Source: OCS155 cluster bacterium AG-333-G23 (lineage in GTDB: Bacteria; Actinomycetota; Acidimicrobiia; Actinomarinales; Actinomarinaceae). Taken from it: a DNA stretch of 64,000 bases. Below the pieces are notes generated by a model. That model saw only the letters and a list, made by a program, of their open reading frames with translations, was not told the DNA's origin and searched no databases. Position numbers and translations under genes: made by a program. Shown here piece by piece: positions 9,098-18,405 of this stretch; within the stretch, counting starts at the first letter, position 1, and every line of letters starts with the position of its first letter. Where the stretch lies: assembly GCA_003282445.1 (NCBI GenBank), contig QBZE01000003.1:11455-75454 (forward strand). The letters run 5' to 3'.

Positions 9098-9928
9098 CTA
9101 ATCTGCATTAAATAACAAACTACAATCAATTTTTTTTGTTATTTTTATCAATCTAAATCTTGTTTTATCAACTTTTTTAATACTGTTTTCTAAATTATCG
9201 TATTCACCTATTCCAAATAATGTTGAACCAGTTCCTGACATATAAAAATCAATATTAAATACCTCTTCAAGATGATCTTTATGGTCTTGTAATCTTGGCT
9301 CTATTGCCAAAGCTGGATTCCACATATTATTAAAAATTTCCATATTTTTAATTTTTGATTTCTTAAATAGATTTTTTTCACCTAATTTATCAAAAGCTTG
9401 AAAAGCATCCACTGTTGATATTTTCTCATGAGGTGTTGCAATTAATATATCTAAATCTCCAATACTTTCATCGATGCTTACTTCTTCACCAATACCTGAA
9501 ATTACTCCCGGTTTACCTTCAATAAAATATGGAACGTCGCTACCTACTTTTTTTGCAATATCTTCATTTTTAGGAATCGCTAATTCATATGTACTACATA
9601 TATATTTAATTACTGAACCTGCGTTTGAACTACCTCCTCCTAAACCGCCTTCAATAGGGATATTTTTAGTTACCTTTACTTCAAAATATTTTTCGAAACT
9701 ATTACTCTCTCTCAACAAATCTAAAGACTTCTCAATAGTTGACTTCCCTTTTAATTCAATATCAGGAGTAAATATAATTTTATCGTTTTTTTCGTCTCTC
9801 TCATTAATTTCAATTACATCGTAAAAATCTATAGGTATTAAATATGAAGTAAGTGTATGTAAACCATCTTTTGTTTCAGAATTTACTTCTAAATTAAGAT
9901 TTATTTTTGCTGAACTTAAAAACTTCAT
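9098..9928 (-). CDS. ispE: 4-diphosphocytidyl-2-C-methyl-D-erythritol kinase
   Basis: KINLNLEV N-terminus and the GHMP kinase motif PIEGGLGGGSSNAGSV. Confidence 0.9.
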   Translation of the reverse strand: MKFLSSAKINLNLEVNSETKDGLHTLTSYLIPIDFYDVIEINERDEKNDKIIFTPDIELKGKSTIEKSLDLLRESNSFEKYFEVKVTKNIPIEGGLGGGSSNAGSVIKYICSTYELAIPKNEDIAKKVGSDVPYFIEGKPGVISGIGEEVSIDESIGDLDILIATPHEKISTVDAFQAFDKLGEKNLFKKSKIKNMEIFNNMWNPALAIEPRLQDHKDHLEEVFNIDFYMSGTGSTLFGIGEYDNLENSIKKVDKTRFRLIKITKKIDCSLLFNAD

Positions 9929-10716
9929 TCCGTCTCCATTGCTAATTCTAGATAGTGATCTGGTGTTAAGTTACTTGGTCTTAGATTTGGATCTATGTTT
10001 AAACTAATTAATTTATCTTCTGTAATTATTTCTTTTAATGCAGTTCTAATCTTTTTTCTTTTTTGTTGAAAAGCAACTTTAGCAATCTCAAAAGCTTTTA
10101 TCCTCAAATCTGAATCTTCTAAAGGCTCCCTTTGTAAAGTGACCACTGTTGAAATTATTTTTGGTTCAGGAAAAAAACAATTTTTATTTACATCAAATTG
10201 AATCTTTGGTTCTGTAAATAAAGAACAAAAAACAGATAGGGCTCCATAATTTTTTGTCCCTGGTTCAGCAGTAATCCTCTCCGCTACTTCACGCTGAACC
10301 ATCACAACGTACCTATGGATTACAGGCACTTCTGTTATCAGCTTTACAAGCAACCTAGTTCCAACATAGTAAGGAAGATTGGAAACCATAATCCACCAAG
10401 GACCTGTTAATTGTGAATAATCATACTCCATAGCATCACCTTTTATAAGTTCTATATTTGGTATATCACTAAACCTTTTTGAAACTATGTCCACTAATTC
10501 TTTATCAATTTCAATTGCTTTTATTCTGTAATCATCTTTTAATAATTCATTAGTTAAAGAACCTGTTCCAGGTCCTATTTCTAAGATTGGATCTCCAAGC
10601 TGGCCTTGTACAAGTTTTGTAATTTTTCTTGATATGTTTGAGTCAATGAGGAAATTTTGACCAAGATTATTATTAGCTTCATTTTCTAATTGTTTGACCC
10701 AATAAATTTCACTCAT
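9925..10716 (-). CDS. rsmA: 16S rRNA (adenine1518/1519-N6)-dimethyltransferase
   Basis: LGQNFLID motif, SAM-binding EIGPGTGSLT, NLPYY motif. TGA stop overlaps the ispE ATG (ATGA). Confidence 0.93.
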   Translation of the reverse strand: MSEIYWVKQLENEANNNLGQNFLIDSNISRKITKLVQGQLGDPILEIGPGTGSLTNELLKDDYRIKAIEIDKELVDIVSKRFSDIPNIELIKGDAMEYDYSQLTGPWWIMVSNLPYYVGTRLLVKLITEVPVIHRYVVMVQREVAERITAEPGTKNYGALSVFCSLFTEPKIQFDVNKNCFFPEPKIISTVVTLQREPLEDSDLRIKAFEIAKVAFQQKRKKIRTALKEIITEDKLISLNIDPNLRPSNLTPDHYLELAMETE

Positions 10717-10721
10717 AGATT

Positions 10722-11489
10722 TTATATTCCAAGCACAGCATTTGAATTTGCTATTGTATGGTGAGATAACTCATCTAGACTAACTCCTTTGATATCAGCA
10801 ACTTTATTTGCTGTATACGAAACATAGCTTGGTTGGTTATCTTCCCCTCTTTTTGGCACAGGAGTTAGGTAAGGAGTGTCTGTTTCTAAAAGCATTCTTT
10901 CTATAGGAATTTCCTCAACAGAAAGCTGAAGATCTTTTGCGGTCTCATATGTAACAATTCCAGATATTGAAAAATAAATATCTAAGTCCAAAAATTTTTT
11001 TGTCCATTTTTTACCACCTGTCCAGGAATGCAATATTATTGGAAAGTCTCCATGATATTGATTAATTAAGCTATGGATATCTTCGAAGCTATCTCGACAA
11101 TGTATAATTATTGGTTTTTTATACTTTTTTGATGCATCTAAATGAAACTTTAAATTTTCTTTTTGCTCATCCTTCGATGATAAGTTGCGATAATAGTCCA
11201 AACCTGTTTCTCCTATAAGATCCGCTTCTGAAAACAACAATTCTAGTTCTTCTTTTTCTGTTGATAATTTTTTTGCATCATGAGGATGAAGTCCGGCTGA
11301 CCAATATCCTTTTATAGGTAAAGAGCTGGATGCTTCTTTTGCTTTCTTAGAACTATCAACATCCACTCCAGGAATAATCAAATATTCTATGTTAGAAAAA
11401 TCTATTTCACTAATTTTATGTTTTAAAAGCTGTAGATGGCAATGGGTATCAACCCATTTCAATTCTTGATTTGATAGAGATTTTTTCAC
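10722..11489 (-). CDS. tatD: TatD-family metal-dependent hydrolase
   Basis: VDTHCHL N-terminal metal-binding motif. IIHCRDSFED, HSWTG and ETDTPYL are typical of TatD. Confidence 0.9.
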   Translation of the reverse strand: MKKSLSNQELKWVDTHCHLQLLKHKISEIDFSNIEYLIIPGVDVDSSKKAKEASSSLPIKGYWSAGLHPHDAKKLSTEKEELELLFSEADLIGETGLDYYRNLSSKDEQKENLKFHLDASKKYKKPIIIHCRDSFEDIHSLINQYHGDFPIILHSWTGGKKWTKKFLDLDIYFSISGIVTYETAKDLQLSVEEIPIERMLLETDTPYLTPVPKRGEDNQPSYVSYTANKVADIKGVSLDELSHHTIANSNAVLGI

Positions 11490-11518
11490 TACTATATAAG
11501 AATAGGAGCAATAGAAAT

Positions 11519-11758
11519 ATGGTCAAAGGCAATAAAGGAAAGATTGATAATCTTGGAAGAATAGTTATTCCAAAATCAATTAGAAAAGCATTGGATATTG
11601 ATCATAACGATGATATTTCAATGTTTGTTGAAAACAATCAGTTAATTATTACTAAAGGTTATAAAAACTGTGACATATGTGGAAATAAAAATGTAAATGT
11701 TCAGATAAAAGATAAATTTTTATGCTCTAAATGTATTAAAACAATTAAAAATCTTTAA
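11519..11758 (+). CDS. AbrB/SpoVT-family DNA-binding protein with a C-terminal four-Cys (CxxC...CxxC) tail
   Basis: KIDNLGRIVIPKSIRKALDI....D.ISMFVENNQLIITK aligns by eye with the B. subtilis AbrB N-domain (VDELGRVVIPIELRRTLGI). I chose the ATG at 11519 because AGGAG lies 10 nt upstream. The C-terminus carries CDICGN...CSKC. Confidence 0.75.
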   Translation: MVKGNKGKIDNLGRIVIPKSIRKALDIDHNDDISMFVENNQLIITKGYKNCDICGNKNVNVQIKDKFLCSKCIKTIKNL

Positions 11759-12560
11759 TCTTCTCATAAATTTCATTAGCAGTCTGGTTTGTTAATGATG
11801 AAAGTATTTTTGCTATTTCTCTTTTTGGGATATTAAAAGAAATCATACTTTCGACGGCTTTGAGAATATCAATATCAATATCAATTACGTTTGTTGATTT
11901 TGAAACAACTAAAGTAATCTCTCCTTTTAGATCAGAATCGCTTATCTTACTTAGTAAAGAGGCCGCATCACCTCTATAAATGGTCTCAAATTTTTTTGTC
12001 AGCTCTCTACAAATAACAATCTGATTATCTAATCCCATATTTACAAATTCATTTAAATCTTTCTTTATTCTCTTCGGCGATGTAAAGCATATAGAAGTCT
12101 CTTGTGAATTTTTAATATGATAAAAAAATTCTTCTCTCTCTTTTCCTGATTTTGGAATAAAGCCAGAAAACTTAAATTTATCAGTATCAAAACCAGATAA
12201 AGTTAAAGCAACTAATACACTTGAAGGTCCTGGTATAGAAACAATTTCCACATCGTTTTTAATTAGTTCTTTAATTAAATGTTCACCTGGATCTGATATT
12301 AATGGAGTTCCTGCGTCTGAAATTAATGCAATAGATTTTCCTTGATTGATTTCATTCAGAATTTCATTTACCTTAGAAGTTTCATTCCCAATAAAATATG
12401 AAGAAATTGGTTTTTTGATATCTAAATGGCTTAAAAGCTTCTTGCCTCTTCTTGTGTCTTCAGCATAAATAACATCCACAGTCTCGAGTGTCTCTATCAG
12501 CCTTTTAGAAATATCATCAAGATTTCCTATAGGTGTTGCGCAGATATATAAAGTACTCAA
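11745..12560 (-). CDS. rsmI: 16S rRNA (cytidine1402-2'-O)-methyltransferase
   Basis: LYICATPIGNLDDIS.R......VD.IYAEDTR is the diagnostic RsmI N-terminus. Confidence 0.9.
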   Translation of the reverse strand: MSTLYICATPIGNLDDISKRLIETLETVDVIYAEDTRRGKKLLSHLDIKKPISSYFIGNETSKVNEILNEINQGKSIALISDAGTPLISDPGEHLIKELIKNDVEIVSIPGPSSVLVALTLSGFDTDKFKFSGFIPKSGKEREEFFYHIKNSQETSICFTSPKRIKKDLNEFVNMGLDNQIVICRELTKKFETIYRGDAASLLSKISDSDLKGEITLVVSKSTNVIDIDIDILKAVESMISFNIPKREIAKILSSLTNQTANEIYEKIKDF

Positions 12561-12563
12561 AAT

Positions 12564-13940
12564 TTAGAAATCTCTTACGCAAGATTCCGATGAACACTCT
12601 GTTAGTATATTCTCTAAAATTTTAATATCTTGTGAAAGTACAATACGTAAGAAGTTACCATCGTTTTCAATCCAAAAATTTGTACCACCAATATATAATT
12701 TTCCAGAAAAATTATTATTAGTTTTTTCTGAAAATCTTAACTGTGCGTCTGCCCAGCTTATAAATGCATCATAAATTTCAATCAATTCTTCTGTGTTGTC
12801 GCCACTTATCTTTAAAGACATCAATAAATTACCATTTTTATCTTCATAATCTTTCCAAGATCCTCCACCAATCCCTACTGCTGCGTTGACAGCTGTGCCT
12901 TGTCCTATTTGTCCTTGTAGTAAATATACAATATCAAGTGAATCAACTGTTCCTTCGTCTACCAGCGAGTAGCCTTCAATTGATAAATTATCAATTAATA
13001 CCTCCTCATATGGCTCTGAGGAAAAATATTTGTCGACTGAGTATATTTGTTCAGAAGTTGGAAGCAAGTAAAGTGCTTCATTTAAAGCTTCCATTCCACC
13101 TTCGTTGTAAATCTCTTTAACAACTCTTGGACCATATCCATAATATAAATCGAAAGGTATATATAGGTGGTCTGGCAATGAAATACCACATCCTGCTGGG
13201 TACTGAGATTGCATTGTTTGTCTATCATAAGAATCTAATCCAGATTCCCAACGTGCTTGAACTAAATCTGCTTGTCCCTCCATAAGCGACCTTCTTCCAG
13301 GGTAATCAGAAAAATCATCAGCCTCTTTCATTCCTTCATACCAGCCTTTTAAATCAATAACTTGTCCCTGTAAAGAATGTGTGAGCTCGTGAACCAATAC
13401 AGACTGTTCAAAGAAGTTAAATTTCTTTTGATTCCTTTTTACAGGAACTCTTAAAATTTTATCATCTAGGCTGTATGAGCCAGAAGAAGCACACCTTACA
13501 AAATCTACATAAAGCTGCTTCATTTCATCAGGAGTTTTTGTTGTTAATCCCCACATATTTTCTGATAAAACTGCGCGTTCCCACTCGCCTTCTTCATAGT
13601 CTTCTTCAAAATCATCGAGATAAGAAACCTCACTGTATTCTCTGTATCCATTAAGTGTGTAAAGTTGATATTTTGGATATTCAGTAAATTTAATTCCTAC
13701 TCTTTTTTCTACAAAAGCAATCAATTCATCAAATTGATCCTTCATTTCTGATTCCATTTCAATTAGCTCTATCCCATACTCGTCAACTATTGTCTCTTCC
13801 TCAATGACTGTTGTTGTAGTTGATGTAGAGGTTGAGGATGTTGAAGTAGAATCTAAAGTTTCATTTTCTACAGTCTCTTCTGGTGTTGAACAATAAGAGA
13901 ATACCAAAAAAGATACAAAATAAATTTGAAATTTTCTCAT
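12564..13940 (-). CDS. Putative lipoprotein, gluzincin-like metallopeptidase (HExxH...EGxA)
   Basis: Start chosen at MRKFQIYFVSFLVFSYC (lipobox-like FSYC). Ser/Thr run STSSTSTSTTTT, HELTH at VLVHELTHSLQG, and MEGQADL downstream. Confidence 0.6.
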   Translation of the reverse strand: MRKFQIYFVSFLVFSYCSTPEETVENETLDSTSTSSTSTSTTTTVIEEETIVDEYGIELIEMESEMKDQFDELIAFVEKRVGIKFTEYPKYQLYTLNGYREYSEVSYLDDFEEDYEEGEWERAVLSENMWGLTTKTPDEMKQLYVDFVRCASSGSYSLDDKILRVPVKRNQKKFNFFEQSVLVHELTHSLQGQVIDLKGWYEGMKEADDFSDYPGRRSLMEGQADLVQARWESGLDSYDRQTMQSQYPAGCGISLPDHLYIPFDLYYGYGPRVVKEIYNEGGMEALNEALYLLPTSEQIYSVDKYFSSEPYEEVLIDNLSIEGYSLVDEGTVDSLDIVYLLQGQIGQGTAVNAAVGIGGGSWKDYEDKNGNLLMSLKISGDNTEELIEIYDAFISWADAQLRFSEKTNNNFSGKLYIGGTNFWIENDGNFLRIVLSQDIKILENILTECSSESCVRDF

Positions 13941-13997
13941 AGGATTTAAGAATACTTGTAATCTTAAATAATGAAACAAATATTGGAGGGTTGATAA

Positions 13998-14402
13998 ATG
14001 ATAAAAGAATTTAGAGACTTTATAAATAGAGGAAATGTTGTTGAATTAGGGGTTGCATTCGTTATGGGTGCTTCATTTAAGTCATTAGTTGATGTCTTTA
14101 CTAAAAGATTGGTTGAGCCACTTATTGGGTTAGTTTTGAATATGCCTAATTTAGAAAATCTAGGTTTATTTGGTGACGTAGATCCTTCCTCTGGTCTTAG
14201 GTCTGGAAGCTTTGGAGCTTTCTTAGGTGAAACAATTAATTATTTGATTATTGCTTTTGTAATGTTTTTAGTAATAAAAGCTTACAATCACTTTAACGAA
14301 TTAATTGATGATGACGATGAAGAAGCAACAGCTTCGGAATCTAAAGAAGTTGTTCTACTTAAAGAAATTAGAGATGGGATTAATAATTTAACTAAAAGTT
14401 AA
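13998..14402 (+). CDS. mscL: Large-conductance mechanosensitive channel
   Basis: MIKEFRDFINRGNVVELGVAFVMGASF is the conserved MscL N-terminus/TM1. 134 aa. Confidence 0.93.
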   Translation: MIKEFRDFINRGNVVELGVAFVMGASFKSLVDVFTKRLVEPLIGLVLNMPNLENLGLFGDVDPSSGLRSGSFGAFLGETINYLIIAFVMFLVIKAYNHFNELIDDDDEEATASESKEVVLLKEIRDGINNLTKS

Positions 14403-14404
14403 TA

Positions 14405-16171
14405 TTGAGCCTAATGAAAGAAAACAATCTTAAAAAATTATTTTTGTATTCTCAAAAACAAGATACAAAAATTAAAAGAGGAATAATTTACTCTATTCTG
14501 AATAAATTATTTGATCTTGCTCCTCCTGTTTTGATAGGAATAGCTATAGATATTGTTGTTGAAGGATCAGATTCATTTTTAGGAAATCTTGGTTACGAAG
14601 ATAGAAGACAACAATTAATTGTACTGGCTGTACTAACTTTTGTAATCTGGGGTTTAGAATCTACTTTTGATTATGTTGCTGCTGTAACATGGAGAAATAT
14701 TTCACAAGACATTGAGCACAAACTACGTACAGAAACTTTTAATAATGTTTTAGACCTTGATTTAGAATTTTTTGAAAATAAATCATCCGGAAGGCTGATG
14801 GCAATATTAAATGATGATGTAAACCAGCTTGAAAAGTTTTTAGACACAGGAGCAAATAAACTTTTACAAACAATGACTACTGTTTTGGTAATTGGAGGAA
14901 CATTTATTTATATCTCTCCATTAATTGCAATATTTGCTTTTATACCTATACCAATAATTATTTTTGGTTCATTTAAATTTACTAAAACAATTGCGAAAAG
15001 ATATACAAAAATTCGAAACACAATTGAATCTCTAAACGCTAACTTGTCTAATTCTTTAACAGGTATATTGACTGTTAAAAGTTTCAATAGAGAAGGTAGG
15101 GAGACTGAAAGAATAACTAAGTCATCTGAAGAAGTTAAGGCAGCAAACTACCATGCAATAAAACTTTCTGCTGCATTTATTCCAATAATTAGAATTGCTA
15201 TTTTATTTGGATTTACAGCAACCTTGCTAATAGGAGGATTTATGGCTTTAGATGGTCAAATAAAAGTAGCAATGTATTCAGTTCTCCTCTTTATAACTCA
15301 AAGATTGCTTTGGCCATTAACAGAACTTGGTGATACTTTTGATTTATATCAACGAGCTATGGCATCATTTAAAAGAATTACCACACTAAAAGACACCAGG
15401 CCAACAATAACTAATGGCAACAGTGAATTAAAGAATTTTGAAAATTCTATAGTATTCAATGATGTAAATTTTTCTTACGTTGAAGGGTTTTCTGTTTTAA
15501 ATAATGTTTCGGTGGAAATCAATAAAGGCCAAACAGTAGCGATTGTTGGAAGCACAGGTTCTGGCAAATCGACAATGATTAAGCTTATTTTAAGACTTTA
15601 TGATGTGACTGAAGGAGATATAAAATTTGACAATATAAACATAAAAGATTTAGACCTTACAAGCCTAAGAAGCAATATTGCATTGGTTAGCCAGGATATA
15701 TTTCTTTTTGAAGGATCTGTATTTGAAAATATTGCATATGGAAATCTAGATGCATCTGAAGATGAAATCTGGGAGGCTGCAAGGCTATCCGAGTCTGATG
15801 ATTTTATAAATCAACTTCCAAATAAAGAACATACAATTGTTGGAGAAAGAGGGCAAAAACTTTCAGGAGGTCAACGACAAAGGATATCTATTGCAAGAGC
15901 CATTTTAAAGAATCCTGAAATATTAATTTTAGATGAAGCTACATCAGCAGTTGATAATGAAACAGAAGCTGCAATCCAGCGTTCTCTAGATACCCTTAAA
16001 GAAGGAAGAACAGTTATTGCAATTGCACATCGTCTTTCAACAATAAGAAATGCAGACAAAATATACGTTCTAGAAGATGGGAAAATTGTTGAAAATGGGA
16101 CCCATGATGAACTTGTTACAATCGGAAAAGTGTACTCAAATCTTTGGGACGTTCAAACAGGTAATAGATAA
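14405..16171 (+). CDS. ABC exporter, fused permease/ATPase (MsbA/MdlB-like)
   Basis: Six-TM N-terminal half. Walker A GSTGSGKST, signature LSGGQRQRI, Walker B ILILDEATSAVD. Confidence 0.9.
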   Translation: MSLMKENNLKKLFLYSQKQDTKIKRGIIYSILNKLFDLAPPVLIGIAIDIVVEGSDSFLGNLGYEDRRQQLIVLAVLTFVIWGLESTFDYVAAVTWRNISQDIEHKLRTETFNNVLDLDLEFFENKSSGRLMAILNDDVNQLEKFLDTGANKLLQTMTTVLVIGGTFIYISPLIAIFAFIPIPIIIFGSFKFTKTIAKRYTKIRNTIESLNANLSNSLTGILTVKSFNREGRETERITKSSEEVKAANYHAIKLSAAFIPIIRIAILFGFTATLLIGGFMALDGQIKVAMYSVLLFITQRLLWPLTELGDTFDLYQRAMASFKRITTLKDTRPTITNGNSELKNFENSIVFNDVNFSYVEGFSVLNNVSVEINKGQTVAIVGSTGSGKSTMIKLILRLYDVTEGDIKFDNINIKDLDLTSLRSNIALVSQDIFLFEGSVFENIAYGNLDASEDEIWEAARLSESDDFINQLPNKEHTIVGERGQKLSGGQRQRISIARAILKNPEILILDEATSAVDNETEAAIQRSLDTLKEGRTVIAIAHRLSTIRNADKIYVLEDGKIVENGTHDELVTIGKVYSNLWDVQTGNR

Positions 16172-16176
16172 AATAC

Positions 16177-17361
16177 TTATCTCAATACTTTAGAAGTTAT
16201 ATGTTCTCCAATTGCTAAACATGCTGTTGCAGCCGGGCTAGGTGCATTCAGAACGTGTAATGAATTTAATCCTTCTTGAAACATAAAATCATCAACCAAT
16301 TTGCCTTCTTTATCTACAGCTTGGGCTCTAACACCTGCTTCTCTAACTTTTATGTCTTTTTTAGTTACTCCCGGTACTAACTTATTAATTTCGTTTACGA
16401 AAGCTTTTTTATTTAATGATCTATACATTTCCTTTATTCCTGTTTTGAAATATTTTTTTCCTAACTTCAGCATTCCGCCATATGACAAACTACCATAAGT
16501 CTCTTTAAGATTGATATTTGTCCACTTATATCCCTCTTTTGCGAAAGCGAATACCGCATTAGGACCCGCTTCAATCTCACCATCAATATTTTTTGTTAGG
16601 TGGATACCCAAAAAAGGAAGATCTGGATCGGCAATCGGATATATCATATTGTTCACAAGTGAGCTTTTAGATTTATTAAGGGTGTAATACTCTCCTCTAA
16701 AAGGAATAATCCGAACACTAGGATCTAAACCATCTAACTTAGCTAGTTTATCTGAATAAAGTCCTCCACAATTTATTAAATAACTCCCAAAGAATTTATT
16801 TTTCTTAGTACTGAGAACTTTCCCGCCCTTTATAGATTCTATAGATACTACCTCTTCAAAATATTCAACTTCTCCTCCATGGCTTTTGAGTTCTTCTGCC
16901 AATGCTTCTGTTACTTTTCTATAATTTACTACTCCTGCTTGAGGCACAAATAATCCCTGTTTAAGTAATGAATTAGGTTCTTTTTCTAAAAGTTGATCAC
17001 TTGTTAATATTTTTACACCTTCCATGTTCAAGTCTTTACTTCTATTTAAAAGATTCTCTATCTTTTTAATATTTTTATCAACTACAACTTTCCCTTCTAA
17101 TCGGAAAGGTATATTTTTTATTTTAAGAAACTCAATTAGTAGCTCTCTACCCCTTATTGATAGCTGTGATTTAAATGAATTAGGTTTATAGTAAATCCCT
17201 GAATGGATAACACCTGAATTTCTTCCAGACTGATGACTACCAGGAGTTTTTTCTTTCTCTAATACTAAAACACTTTTACCTGATTTTTGTATCTGTACAG
17301 CTGTCGAGAGACCTACTATACCTCCTCCAACAATCAGGAAATCATAATTATTATTAACCAT
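16177..17361 (-). CDS. lhgO: L-2-hydroxyglutarate oxidase-like FAD-dependent oxidoreductase
   Basis: YDFLIVGGGIVGLSTA dinucleotide fold and SGRNSGVIHSGIYYKPNS, characteristic of LhgO. Confidence 0.8.
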   Translation of the reverse strand: MVNNNYDFLIVGGGIVGLSTAVQIQKSGKSVLVLEKEKTPGSHQSGRNSGVIHSGIYYKPNSFKSQLSIRGRELLIEFLKIKNIPFRLEGKVVVDKNIKKIENLLNRSKDLNMEGVKILTSDQLLEKEPNSLLKQGLFVPQAGVVNYRKVTEALAEELKSHGGEVEYFEEVVSIESIKGGKVLSTKKNKFFGSYLINCGGLYSDKLAKLDGLDPSVRIIPFRGEYYTLNKSKSSLVNNMIYPIADPDLPFLGIHLTKNIDGEIEAGPNAVFAFAKEGYKWTNINLKETYGSLSYGGMLKLGKKYFKTGIKEMYRSLNKKAFVNEINKLVPGVTKKDIKVREAGVRAQAVDKEGKLVDDFMFQEGLNSLHVLNAPSPAATACLAIGEHITSKVLR

Positions 17362-17363
17362 AT

Positions 17364-17704
17364 TGGTGGAGGTGCGGGGAGTCGAACCCCGGTCCTTTTA
17401 AGCTATCAAACAGCTTCTCCGAGTGCATCTGGTGTAATACTATTGAGAAAGTCACCAGAACCTATATCTCAATAGTTTCTACCTTAAAACTTAAAAGTTA
17501 GTCGGTAGCCTAACTTCGCATCCCACATTTCAACGCCGATACTATCCGAGGTGGGAACCCCGATAGTCGACGAGTCGCAATTAAGCGGCTATAGCCAATT
17601 TAGGTTTGGCAGTTATATTTTTTTTCCTACGTTTTTAACGAGGCCCTAGGTCCCTCGACTCGCTACTGAGAGACTCACTTCAAAGTCGAAGCCAGTTCAC
17701 CCCC
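17364..17704 (-). ncRNA. ssrA: tmRNA (SsrA), one-piece, CCA encoded
   Basis: On the minus strand the 5' end is GGGGGTGAACTGGCTTCGAC and the 3' end is GGGGTTCGACTCCCCGCACCTCCACCA, the canonical tRNA-Ala-like ends. It contains an internal tag ORF. It is one of the few GC-rich stretches in an AT-rich background. Confidence 0.95.
17581..17610 (-). other. Predicted tmRNA tag reading frame AKPKLAIAA-stop
   Basis: Minus strand reads ...AAAAAAAATATAACT GCC AAA CCT AAA TTG GCT ATA GCC GCT TAA. The A-rich leader, GCC resume codon and hydrophobic ..AA C-terminus are typical of SsrA tags. The resume codon was assigned by eye. Confidence 0.6.
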
Positions 17705-17757
17705 ATATAACTATTATGGTCTTACAATATTTATTAACCAAGACAAAAAAATAAGAT

Positions 17758-18405
17758 ATGAAAACAAGTGAAAATACTTTTGAATTAAACACTGTTCTTG
17801 AGGTTATTTTAGACTCTAATGACAATGATGGTTTAATTTTTGTGCCTAAGAATACTGAAATTAAAGTAGTTATTGAAAACTATTTTGGAAAAATTTTAAT
17901 TAATGAAATTAATATTAAAAATGTAGAGGATGAGATGGCGCTATCTAAAGATAAGCTAGAAACCTCTTTACCATTGCTAGATTTAAAACTTTTAGATAGG
18001 TATTTGTTTAAACAGTTAAATGATAAAGCTAGTTTTAATTATTCACCATATAATTACTTTCCAAATTATGATTTCTCTGTATTTGAAAAAGGAAGAAGAG
18101 GTAATGATATTGACTGGGCTATGCTTTCATCACTGTATATTTTTTCATGTAATGTGCTACCAGAATCAATTAAAGTAGAGCTTTCTTTAGCTAAAGAGTT
18201 GAGAATCTCTGAAGAAAATGTAAAAAAGTTTATCAAAAAAATTCCAGAAAATATATTTAGAAAAACTGGACACTTAGAAAGCAGAGGAGGTAATTTAACT
18301 TTTGATGCTGAAGAATTAATTAAAAATAATTTAAATGAAGAAGATAAAAGTAACTTTGACGAAAATCCTTATTTAAAATTTCACTCAGGATCTGATTTGG
18401 CTTGA
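17758..18405 (+). CDS. Hypothetical protein (215 aa), no recognisable motif
   Basis: Long ORF in an AT-rich genome where random ORFs are short. I see no family signature. Confidence 0.55.
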   Translation: MKTSENTFELNTVLEVILDSNDNDGLIFVPKNTEIKVVIENYFGKILINEINIKNVEDEMALSKDKLETSLPLLDLKLLDRYLFKQLNDKASFNYSPYNYFPNYDFSVFEKGRRGNDIDWAMLSSLYIFSCNVLPESIKVELSLAKELRISEENVKKFIKKIPENIFRKTGHLESRGGNLTFDAEELIKNNLNEEDKSNFDENPYLKFHSGSDLA

